A stretch of DNA of 34,404 bases from Dehalococcoidales bacterium (lineage in GTDB: Bacteria > Chloroflexota > Dehalococcoidia > Dehalococcoidales > RBG-16-60-22), in assembly GCA_046760155.1 (NCBI GenBank), contig JBHIDQ010000002.1:1-34404 (forward strand), given 5' to 3'. The notes beneath the pieces are model-generated. The model was not told the origin of the DNA. It saw only the letters and a program-made list of their open reading frames with translations, and made no database searches. The translations under genes and the position numbers were made by a program. Each line of letters opens with the position of its first letter. Within the stretch, counting starts at the first letter, position 1. Shown one piece after another: positions 1 through 8,066 of this stretch.

Positions 1-103
1 GTAATTATGTGATTCAAATCAAAATGAAGGAAATCTTTGGCTTGCTCAAAGTCACGAATTGTCTCCCTTGCCTTTGGAGATATACGAGGCCAAATTTTGA
101 CCT

Positions 104-1258
104 TTAATTTGGGTAACTTGGACATTTCGCCACCTCTCTTTTCGTCTTCTTATAGACCGCAATTGTTTTAGCTGTGTCTTGTTTCCTTGCTGATTCTATA
201 GTACCACCACCGATAACAATATCGCCATCATAAAAGACGATTGCCTGTCCTGGAGTAATGGCCAGTTGCGGTTCGGCGAACTTTACATAAACCCTATCTT
301 CGTCTAGAGGTGTTATGGTTGTTTCTGCCTCAGGGTGACGGTACCTCACCTTAGCCTTGGCGGTGATGGACTGAGTTGGCCTAGCTATACTTATCCAGTT
401 TAAGTGGTTAGCGATAAGCTCATCGCCAAGCACTTTCTCTTTGTTGCCCACGATAACGGCGTTTCTTTCCGGCTCGATGGCAATGACATATAATGGCTCC
501 TTGGCGGATATTCCCAGTCCCTTGCGCTGGCCAATGGTATAAAACATGATACCCTGGTGATTGCCTAAAATGCTCCCCCGTTCATTCAGAATTGGCCCTG
601 GCTTGGCGGCTTGAGGGATATAATCCTTCAGGAACTCAGGATAATCATCATCGGGAATAAAGCAAATTTCCTGGCTTTCCGACTTATCAGCAACCGGCAA
701 GGCTAATTCTCGGGCGCTTTCCCTCACCTTCTCTTTGGTACGGTTGCCTATGGGAAACAGGATGTGGCTTAATTGCTTCTGGGTTACCGGATAGAGAAAA
801 TAGGACTGGTCTTTCTGCTGGTCAACTCCCTTCTTGAGGAGGTGTCTTCCTGTAGTCTCATCTTTTTCCACTCTGGCGTGATGTCCGGTGGCGATAAAAT
901 CAGCACCCAACCCCTTAGCTTTTTCCAGTAGTGCCTCAAACTTGATATACTGGTTGCACCGGATACAGGGATTTGGTGTTCTCCCCAGGCGATATTCCTC
1001 AGAAAAATCAGCGATAACTTTTCGGGCAAAAATATCCCTGAAATTCATGACATAGTGAGGGATACCCAGCTTATAGGCAACCTTTTTGGCATCTTCTACA
1101 GCGCCAATGCCACAGCAGCCACCAAATCTGTCCTCATCCTTACCTGAGGGCCAGATTTGCATGGTAACCCCAATCACCTGATAGCCTTCTTCCTTGAGTA
1201 GCGCCGCGGCTACCGATGAATCGACACCACCACTCATGGCGATAACTACTTCGGCCAC
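104..1258 (-). CDS. mnmA: tRNA 2-thiouridine(34) synthase MnmA (tRNA-specific 2-thiouridylase)
   Basis: 384-aa ORF with an N-terminal PP-loop (SGGVDSS) and conserved Cys-containing segments (GGCCG, PCIRCN) typical of MnmA. GTG start at 1258 with GGAG 5 nt upstream. Confidence 0.9.
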   Translation of the reverse strand: MAEVVIAMSGGVDSSVAAALLKEEGYQVIGVTMQIWPSGKDEDRFGGCCGIGAVEDAKKVAYKLGIPHYVMNFRDIFARKVIADFSEEYRLGRTPNPCIRCNQYIKFEALLEKAKGLGADFIATGHHARVEKDETTGRHLLKKGVDQQKDQSYFLYPVTQKQLSHILFPIGNRTKEKVRESARELALPVADKSESQEICFIPDDDYPEFLKDYIPQAAKPGPILNERGSILGNHQGIMFYTIGQRKGLGISAKEPLYVIAIEPERNAVIVGNKEKVLGDELIANHLNWISIARPTQSITAKAKVRYRHPEAETTITPLDEDRVYVKFAEPQLAITPGQAIVFYDGDIVIGGGTIESARKQDTAKTIAVYKKTKREVAKCPSYPN

Positions 1259-1333
1259 TGCTTCTCCTTTATCAAATAAGGTTGCCTAAGATTGAGACTT
1301 AACATTGAATAATCTTTTAGTTGGAAAACTGAA

Positions 1334-1924
1334 TTAGCCTAATCCTTGCTGATAGCGTTTGGCGATTTCAATGGCTATGCCAGCTATTTCCACGGCATCG
1401 TTGCCAAGGGCCACAGACAGTGGCTCCTTCCCCCAACCCTCTCCCTCATAAAACAGCTTGGGTACGCCACCGGAACTGGTAACCAGTTGCTTAACCTTCC
1501 AAGGCATGGAACTTCTGTCTTTCTCTGCTACCTCAGCTGGTTCCTTGGTGCGGTCAATCCAGCCCAAAAGTAGGTCCTTCTCAGCACAGTACTTTTGCAT
1601 TACCCTAATCACAGTGTCATCGCATTTAAAGTTTATGCCGGCATTAATCGTGGGGTCGTACTTACGCACTTCAATAATCAGTCGGGCCATATGGTCTGAC
1701 GCTCCCCATCTGGGCAGACCGGGGGCACGCGGGAAACCCTGCACGGCGGTTATCCGACCATCTACCGCCGCTACCTCGTCTGGTGTTTTGGCTCCCGGCA
1801 GGGCATATACTAAATTAACCCTTACTTCAGGCATGAGAAGGGAAAACTCAGCACAATTCTGTAGCATGGCAACGGCGCGGACTAAATTACCCAGCACCAT
1901 TTCTGCCTGTTGGCTATTATTCAA
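1334..1924 (-). CDS. ThiN-like protein (thiamine-phosphate synthase ThiN domain family), stand-alone
   Basis: 196-aa ORF with a TTG start preceded by GGAGGGA. The segment PEVRVNLVYALPGAKTPDEVAAVDGRI...WGASDHMARLI resembles the ThiN domain at the C-terminus of archaeal ThiDN. Recognised from memory, not searched. Confidence 0.55.
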   Translation of the reverse strand: MNNSQQAEMVLGNLVRAVAMLQNCAEFSLLMPEVRVNLVYALPGAKTPDEVAAVDGRITAVQGFPRAPGLPRWGASDHMARLIIEVRKYDPTINAGINFKCDDTVIRVMQKYCAEKDLLLGWIDRTKEPAEVAEKDRSSMPWKVKQLVTSSGGVPKLFYEGEGWGKEPLSVALGNDAVEIAGIAIEIAKRYQQGLG

Positions 1925-2017
1925 TCTTATCCCTCCAGCGTGCTGAAGTAGACTGCCCAGAATTGGTCTATCTTGGCTGATGTCAGCTCGTCCTTGTCCG
2001 ATAGTTAGTTGAAGTGG

Positions 2018-3184
2018 TTAGCGGTGGCTTTTCATCAGTGGTGACATGGCTCTGAGCTTGGTGACAATTCGGGGCAATACCTCCAGAACCCGGTCTATTT
2101 CTTCTTCTGTAGTCCACTTGCCTAAACTAAACCTCAGGGAGCTATGTGCCTGTAGTGGCGGCAGTCCTAGTGCCAGCAGAACATGGGATGGTTCGGTGAC
2201 TGAGGAAGTACAGGCGGAACCGGTAGAAACACAAATACCCTCTAGGTCAAGATTCAGACACATTGACTCTCCTTCGGCATAGGAAATACTGACATTGACA
2301 TTGTTGGGTAGCCGGTTGGTCGGATGGCCGTTAAGGCGAGTGTGGTCAATTTGCGCCAGCAGACCGCTGATTAACTTATCACGAAGATAAGTCACCCGTT
2401 CGGCTTCTTCACCCATTTCTTGCTGGGCAATCTCGACTGCTTTAGCAAAGCCGACAATGCCGGGAACATTTTGGGTACTAGCTCGCCGGCCTCTCTCCTG
2501 TTCCCCACCATGCATAAAGGAGAGCAGTTTGGTACCTTTTCTAATATATAATGCGCCGACTCCCTTAGGACCGTAAAGCTTATGGGCTGATATGGAGAGT
2601 AAGTCCACCCCGAGCTCATCCACGCTTACTGGAATGTGTCCCACCGTCTGGACGGCATCAGTATGAAAATAGATTCCAGCTTCTTTAGCAATCTTACCTA
2701 TCTCGGCTAGTGGCTCAATAGTGCCTATTTCGTTATTCGCCTGCATTACTGAAATCAGAACGGTTTCATTGGTGATTGACTTGCGAACCTCATCAAGGTC
2801 AACCATACCGTACTCGTCTACTGGTAGATAGGTTACCTTGAACCCCTTTGTTTCCAGAAAGTGGCATGTCTCTAGCACCGCGTGGTGCTCAATGGTGGTA
2901 GTGATGATGTGATTGCCCTTGCTCTCGTTGGCGTAGGCGACTCCCTTTATGGCAAAGTTATCTGCCTCAGTGCCACCACCGGTGAAGACGATTTCCTCAT
3001 CCTGGGCGTTAAGAAAGTCGGCAACAGTAACTCTTGCTTCCTCAATAGCCCCTTTTGCCTCCTGGCCACAGGCGTAGATGCTGGAAGGGTTACCAAAGAC
3101 TTCGGTAAAGTAGGGTAGCATTGTCTTCACTACTTCGGGATGCGTTGGTGTGGTGGCGGCATAATCCAGATATATTCTTTCCAT
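2018..3184 (-). CDS. cysteine desulfurase (NifS/IscS family, PLP-dependent)
   Basis: 388-aa ORF with the PLP-lysine motif SAHKLYGPKG and the catalytic Cys loop STGSACTS. GGAGGG RBS lies inside the end of the upstream ORF, and the start is 1 nt after the upstream stop. Confidence 0.9.
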   Translation of the reverse strand: MERIYLDYAATTPTHPEVVKTMLPYFTEVFGNPSSIYACGQEAKGAIEEARVTVADFLNAQDEEIVFTGGGTEADNFAIKGVAYANESKGNHIITTTIEHHAVLETCHFLETKGFKVTYLPVDEYGMVDLDEVRKSITNETVLISVMQANNEIGTIEPLAEIGKIAKEAGIYFHTDAVQTVGHIPVSVDELGVDLLSISAHKLYGPKGVGALYIRKGTKLLSFMHGGEQERGRRASTQNVPGIVGFAKAVEIAQQEMGEEAERVTYLRDKLISGLLAQIDHTRLNGHPTNRLPNNVNVSISYAEGESMCLNLDLEGICVSTGSACTSSVTEPSHVLLALGLPPLQAHSSLRFSLGKWTTEEEIDRVLEVLPRIVTKLRAMSPLMKSHR

Positions 3185-3185
3185 T

Positions 3186-3428
3186 CTAACCCTCCGTAAT
3201 GTCTCCGTTGGCTGGGTCGACTCTTACCCCCTTGCTGGTCACCCAGGCGATGCCATGTTCAATGTCTTCTTCGTTACCCTCCAACTCAAGCATGATCCAG
3301 CCTTCATCCTCGGACAAGGCGGCACGGCGAATATTAGTCACGATGTTGAACTGTTGCCCGAGGTTATAAATGATGGGCTCCTGAATCTGCTCTTGGGTAA
3401 AGGTAAACATGACACGTCGCTTGGTCAT
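3186..3428 (-). CDS. stand-alone NIL-domain protein (MetN C-terminal-like small ligand-binding domain)
   Basis: About 80 aa (VMFTFTQEQIQEPIIYNLGQQFNIVTNIRRAALSEDEGWIMLELEG...) matching the NIL-domain pattern. ATG at 3428 lies 1 nt after the cysE TGA and is preceded by GAGGAG. The ORF track extends to a TTG at 3449. Confidence 0.6.
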   Translation of the reverse strand: MTKRRVMFTFTQEQIQEPIIYNLGQQFNIVTNIRRAALSEDEGWIMLELEGNEEDIEHGIAWVTSKGVRVDPANGDITEG

Positions 3429-3429
3429 C

Positions 3430-4143
3430 TCACTCCTCTTCCGACTCAAGTTCTTGCTCCATTTTCTTTCTTTCTTTGACTAATTCATCCTGGGGGGTAG
3501 TTATACCACTTGAGCGTTCCAGCTTTTCTAAACGCTCTTCTAGCTTGTCCTGCTCCTTTAGAACTAATCGGATAGCTTCGGTCACCGGGTCGGGTAATTT
3601 CCCGTGTTCTAAGTCCATAATTGGTTTATGGTGATCTTCCACGGCTCTTCCTGGAATACCGACGACCGTGACCCCAGGTGGTACTGACTTGATGACTACT
3701 GAACCCGAGCCAATCCGGGCGCCATCACCGATAGTGATCGCCCCTAGAGCCACTGCTCCGGCGCCGATTACCACGTTATTACCAATGGTGGGATGACGCT
3801 TCTTTTTCTCGGTAGTGGTTCCACCCAGAACTACTCCCTGATACAGCAGGACGTCATCACCGATTTCAGATGTTTCCCCAATGACGACTCCGGCACCATG
3901 GTCAATGAAGAATCGCCGGCCGATTCTAACTCCGGGGTGGATTTCGATTCCAGTCAAAAAACGATTAATCTGGGATAGAATGCGAGCGAACAGCCGAAGC
4001 TTATGCCGCCAGAGGAAATGAGCCAAGCGGTGAAACCATAAGGCATGTAATCCAGGGTAGCACAGGAGAACTTCAGCTACGCTCCTTGCTGCCGGGTCTT
4101 TGGCAAATACCGTCTGAACGTCTTCCCTTAAAGTTTTAAACAT
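3430..4143 (-). CDS. cysE: serine O-acetyltransferase
   Basis: 237-aa ORF with the N-terminal SATase helical region ([27 protein letters not shown]) and left-handed beta-helix hexapeptide repeats ([32 protein letters not shown]). Confidence 0.85.
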   Translation of the reverse strand: MFKTLREDVQTVFAKDPAARSVAEVLLCYPGLHALWFHRLAHFLWRHKLRLFARILSQINRFLTGIEIHPGVRIGRRFFIDHGAGVVIGETSEIGDDVLLYQGVVLGGTTTEKKKRHPTIGNNVVIGAGAVALGAITIGDGARIGSGSVVIKSVPPGVTVVGIPGRAVEDHHKPIMDLEHGKLPDPVTEAIRLVLKEQDKLEERLEKLERSSGITTPQDELVKERKKMEQELESEEE

Positions 4144-4295
4144 GATGCACTATTCTACTTTACTTTGCTAAAAAAGAAAAATCCCTTTAGTATATTATAC
4201 CTCTTTTTGATGTGTTCTGCGTAGATTGAAGCTCTTGGGAAAGCCAAGTAGATAAGTAGTGCTCACCGATGTCAGGCTAATTTACTCCTTCGGCA

Positions 4296-5033
4296 CTACT
4301 TACCTAAATGGCTACAATACGGGCAATTTGGATCTCGCTCGACGGTAAGTTTGGTGAACTCAAGATTGAGCCCATCATAGATTAATAATTTATTGGTTAA
4401 TAGTTCACCAATGCCCACGATGTATTTAATTACCTCGGTCGCCTGGAGGCAGCCGATGACGGCAGAGGCCACTCCAATGACCGGGAATTTGCCCTGAGTG
4501 ACGCGCCCCTGGTAGACACACCATAGGCAGGCTGTTTTGCCTGGGATTATAGTCATCGCCCTGCCTTCAAAGCCGTAAACTGCCCCGTGAAAAAAGGGGA
4601 TATTTTGGTCTATCGCTGCCTGATTCAACAGGTATCGGGAAGGCAAGTTGTCCATGGCATCAACGATTAAGTCATAGCCGTCCACCAGTTGGGAAACATT
4701 ATCTTCGGTTATCGTTTCGGCAATCGCTTCGATGTTTACCCATTGGTTTAGGTTCTTAAGCTTCTCCACTGCCGAATCACCCTTTCTTTTCGCTATGTCC
4801 TCGTCTCCGTGCAAAATTTGACGATTCAGGTTACTAAGCTCTACCCGGTCGCCATCAACTAATCGTATCATGCCAACCCCGGCGGCAGCCAAGTATATCG
4901 ATATTGGACAGCCTAGTCCCCCGACACCAGCAATAAAAACTTTGGCCCGCTTGAGCTTTTCTTGCCCTGCCTCTCCGACTCCTTTAATGATTATTTGCCG
5001 GTTATATCTTTCCAGCTCGCTTTTGGTCAGCAT
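4296..5033 (-). CDS. ThiF/MoeB/HesA-family E1-like adenylyltransferase
   Basis: 245-aa ORF with RYNRQI, a GVGGLG nucleotide-binding loop and two CxxC pairs (CLWC, CPYC) typical of the ThiF/MoeB Zn site. No rhodanese domain. Confidence 0.8.
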   Translation of the reverse strand: MLTKSELERYNRQIIIKGVGEAGQEKLKRAKVFIAGVGGLGCPISIYLAAAGVGMIRLVDGDRVELSNLNRQILHGDEDIAKRKGDSAVEKLKNLNQWVNIEAIAETITEDNVSQLVDGYDLIVDAMDNLPSRYLLNQAAIDQNIPFFHGAVYGFEGRAMTIIPGKTACLWCVYQGRVTQGKFPVIGVASAVIGCLQATEVIKYIVGIGELLTNKLLIYDGLNLEFTKLTVERDPNCPYCSHLGK

Positions 5034-5217
5034 AGCTTTTAGTACTCCTCTTAAACTTAGGCGTAATATAACGCGGTAACATTGCTGCGTTTCTCATTGT
5101 AGCAGGTACTGGTTAGTAGTTAAAGTGCAGCAGAGCTTTCTTTGGTCAGGATAGACTCTGGCAGTTCGCGTGATTAGGTGGTATCATAGGGAAACAAATT
5201 AAGCAAGAGGTGACAAA

Positions 5218-6624
5218 TTGCCAATAAAGATTGGTTTTTTAGGTGCTACCCGTAATGTTACCGGTTCTCAATATTTAGTGGAGGCAAACGATGTCAGACT
5301 TTTGGTGGACTGCGGGATTTATCAGGAAAGAGAGTTTAAGAGCCGAAACTGGGACTCTTTCCGTTTTTCACCGCATAGCCTAGATGCCGTTCTGCTGACT
5401 CATGCGCATCTTGACCACTGTGGATTGCTTCCCAAACTGGTTCGTGATGGCTTCCGCGGCAGAATTTACTGCACGGGCGCTACTGCCGAGATTGCTCAAA
5501 TCATGCTCCTTGATTCGGCAAGGTTACAAGAAGAAGACGCCGAGTTTAAAAAGCAGAGACATCAGCGAGAGGGTAGAAGGGGCCCATTCCCTGAAGTACC
5601 ACTCTATACGATTGACGATGCTGAAGCGGTATTCCCGTTGCTGACGACGGTAAAATACGGAGAGGCTGTTCAGATAGGTGACGGCGTCGAAGCTGCCTTC
5701 TATGACGCTGGGCATGTTCTTGGCTCGTCGATGATAGAAGTCATGGTGAGTCAGGGCAGCGAAAAAAAGACGGTTCTGTTTTCTGGGGACGTTGGCAGCC
5801 GAAATAAGCCGATATTACGGGACCCGACCATCTTTGACGAGGCTCATTATGTGGTGGTTGAGTCCACATATGGGGACAGGCTTCACGAGAAGCCGATAGA
5901 CATAGGTGACAGTCTTGCCGAGATTATAAATTCCACCTGGAAAGCCAGAGGAAACATAATTATACCTAGCTTTGCTTTGGAACGAGCTCAGGAAGTCCTG
6001 TATTATCTGAACGAATTGCTGCTAGAAGATCGTATTCCACATCTTAAAGTATTTGTTGATAGCCCTATGGCAAACAGTATCACGGAAGTATTTGAACATC
6101 ATCCTGAATTGTATGATGAAGAAATGGCGGAACTAATACGCCAGAAAAAGTCTCCGTTTGATTTTCCTGGTCTTGAGCTGGTCCGGACAGTGGACGAATC
6201 GAAGGCGATTAATCATATAGTGGGAACTGTTCTGGTAATAGCTGGCTCTGGAATGTGTACCGGTGGCAGAATAAAGCACCATCTCGTCACCAATATTTCT
6301 AGGCGGGAGAGCACGGTACTTTTCGTGGGGTATCAGGCAGTTGGCACGCTGGGAAGAAACATTGTTGACGGTACTGAAAAAGTAAGAATACTAGGGCAGC
6401 ACTATCCGGTGCAAGCAAGGATAGCGATGCTTAATGGTTTTTCAGCTCATGCCGACAGAGATGGGCTTTTCCGTTGGCTTTCCGGACTTAAAAATCCCCC
6501 TAGGCATCTATTTGTTGTTCACGGAGAAGCCAGAGAAGCTCAGCAATTTAGCGATTTCCTGAAAGAGAAGACCGGCTGGCAAATATCGGTACCAGAGTAT
6601 GGCAGTGAGTCCCTCTTGGAATAA
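5218..6624 (+). CDS. beta-CASP family metallo-beta-lactamase fold RNA-metabolising hydrolase
   Basis: 468-aa ORF with the HAHLDHCG (HxHxDH) motif, followed by beta-CASP-like and C-terminal RMMBL-like segments (FSAHADRDGL). TTG start with AGAGGTG 6 nt upstream. Confidence 0.75.
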   Translation: MPIKIGFLGATRNVTGSQYLVEANDVRLLVDCGIYQEREFKSRNWDSFRFSPHSLDAVLLTHAHLDHCGLLPKLVRDGFRGRIYCTGATAEIAQIMLLDSARLQEEDAEFKKQRHQREGRRGPFPEVPLYTIDDAEAVFPLLTTVKYGEAVQIGDGVEAAFYDAGHVLGSSMIEVMVSQGSEKKTVLFSGDVGSRNKPILRDPTIFDEAHYVVVESTYGDRLHEKPIDIGDSLAEIINSTWKARGNIIIPSFALERAQEVLYYLNELLLEDRIPHLKVFVDSPMANSITEVFEHHPELYDEEMAELIRQKKSPFDFPGLELVRTVDESKAINHIVGTVLVIAGSGMCTGGRIKHHLVTNISRRESTVLFVGYQAVGTLGRNIVDGTEKVRILGQHYPVQARIAMLNGFSAHADRDGLFRWLSGLKNPPRHLFVVHGEAREAQQFSDFLKEKTGWQISVPEYGSESLLE

Positions 6625-6629
6625 TTATT

Positions 6630-6658
6630 TTGAAAGTAAGCTAGGGCATTGGTAAAAT
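6630..6658 (+). promoter_or_regulatory. sigma70-like promoter immediately upstream of selA (TTGAAA-17 nt-TAAAAT)
   Basis: -35 TTGAAA at 6630-6635, a 17-nt spacer, and -10 TAAAAT at 6653-6658. The selA ATG (6666) is only 7 nt downstream of the -10. Confidence 0.4.
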
Positions 6659-6665
6659 ATGAGGC

Positions 6666-8036
6666 ATGGAAACCGAATTTCGTCGTTTGCCCAGTGTTGA
6701 TAGAGTTCTCACCGCTAAGCGGCTGAAGCAACTTGGGGAGGCTTATCCCCATAACTTGTTGGTAGACTTGGTGAGACAACAACTCGAACGCGAGCGCCTT
6801 GCTATCGCTGCTGGTAAGTTAGCTTCTTCTTTGACGAAGATAGTGGACTCCATATGTGCTCAAATACAGGCTTTAGAAAATCCCAGCCTACGTCCGGTAA
6901 TCAATGCCACTGGGGTAATCCTGCATACTAACCTGGGGCGAGCTCCGTTAAGCCAAGAGGCGATAGCAGTGATGGATACCACTGCTAAGGGCTACTCTAA
7001 TCTCGAGTTTGACCTGAGCAGCGGGACACGTGGTTCTCGCCAGGTTCATATCGAGCCACTCTTGTGTCAGCTAACCGGGGCGGAGGCGGCACTGGTGGTA
7101 AACAATAATGCCTCTGCGGTGCTGCTGGGTCTTACCGCCTTAGCCAGAAGAAAGGAGGTAATCGTCTCCCGGGGTCAGGCGGTGGAGATTGGTGGTGGCT
7201 TTCGTATCCCTGATGTCATGCGCCAGAGTGGTGCCAAGCTGATTGAGGTGGGGACGACTAACTGCACCTACCTTAGTGATTATGAACTGGCGATTAGCCC
7301 GCAGACAGCGGTGCTCATGCGGGTGCATTCCAGTAACTTCAGCCTAGTTGGGTTTACCAATGAGGTTAGCTTTGAGGATTTGGTGGCACTGGCTAAACGA
7401 AATAACCTGCCTGTATTCGATGACCTAGGTAGTGGCTGCTTCTTGGACACGACTGAATTCGGGCTTGCCCCGGAGCCGATGGTGCCACAAAGCGTTGCCC
7501 TTGGTGCTGGACTTACCTTCTTTTCTGGAGATAAGCTGGTGGGTGGTCCTCAAGCTGGGATTATCGTGGGTAAGAGGCAGTTTATGGATAAGCTACGGAA
7601 ACACCCACTGGCTCGGGCAGTGCGCATCGATAAGGTAAGGTTAGCTGGTCTGATAGCTACCTTGATTCACTACTTGAAAGATGAAGCAACGACTAAGATA
7701 CCGGTATGGCGCATGATTTCAGCACCAATGGCGGAGATTGATCAGCGGGCGAGACAGTGGGCACAGACACTCGGTGACCTGGCTCAGGTGGTAGAAGGCG
7801 AGACGATGATAGGTGGTGGTAGCCTGCCCGGAGGAACTCTGCCGACAAGACTGGTGGCGATTGGCGACAAAAAAGACCGAAATGTGGCTCAAAGATGGAG
7901 TCGAAAACTGCGGTCTCAGGAGATACCTATTGTCGGGCGGATCAGTGATGATGTGCTGCTCCTTGACCCGCGCTCGGTGCTTCCGGAAGAAGATGCGATG
8001 GTGCTGAAGGCGCTTCAGAATTTAGCCTCCGGTTAA
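6666..8036 (+). CDS. selA: L-seryl-tRNA(Sec) selenium transferase
   Basis: 456-aa ORF with the N-terminal LPSVDRVL motif and the PLP-lysine segment FSGDKLVGGPQAGIIVG characteristic of SelA. Confidence 0.92.
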   Translation: METEFRRLPSVDRVLTAKRLKQLGEAYPHNLLVDLVRQQLERERLAIAAGKLASSLTKIVDSICAQIQALENPSLRPVINATGVILHTNLGRAPLSQEAIAVMDTTAKGYSNLEFDLSSGTRGSRQVHIEPLLCQLTGAEAALVVNNNASAVLLGLTALARRKEVIVSRGQAVEIGGGFRIPDVMRQSGAKLIEVGTTNCTYLSDYELAISPQTAVLMRVHSSNFSLVGFTNEVSFEDLVALAKRNNLPVFDDLGSGCFLDTTEFGLAPEPMVPQSVALGAGLTFFSGDKLVGGPQAGIIVGKRQFMDKLRKHPLARAVRIDKVRLAGLIATLIHYLKDEATTKIPVWRMISAPMAEIDQRARQWAQTLGDLAQVVEGETMIGGGSLPGGTLPTRLVAIGDKKDRNVAQRWSRKLRSQEIPIVGRISDDVLLLDPRSVLPEEDAMVLKALQNLASG

Positions 8037-8066
8037 AAACATGCTTAACGGTGGAAGGCAGAGGCG

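Noticed and set aside
1-107. Plus-strand reading frame open from the left window edge to a TAA at 105-107, possibly the 3' end of a gene convergent with mnmA
   Set aside because: Only about 35 codons are visible and none carries a recognisable motif, so I cannot support it.
1458-1946. 162-aa plus-strand ORF antisense to the ThiN-like gene, and similar antisense or alternate-frame ORFs at 8486-8860, 13578-13874, 25461-25895, 30759-31112 and 30981-31394
   Set aside because: All lie fully inside strongly supported genes on the other strand or in another frame. They have Ser/Arg/Pro-rich low-information composition and no RBS, which is typical of shadow ORFs.
3429-3449. TTG start at 3449 for the NIL-domain ORF, overlapping cysE by 20 nt
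   Set aside because: The ATG at 3428 has a GAGGAG RBS and sits 1 nt after the cysE stop. The TTG start remains possible but is less well supported.
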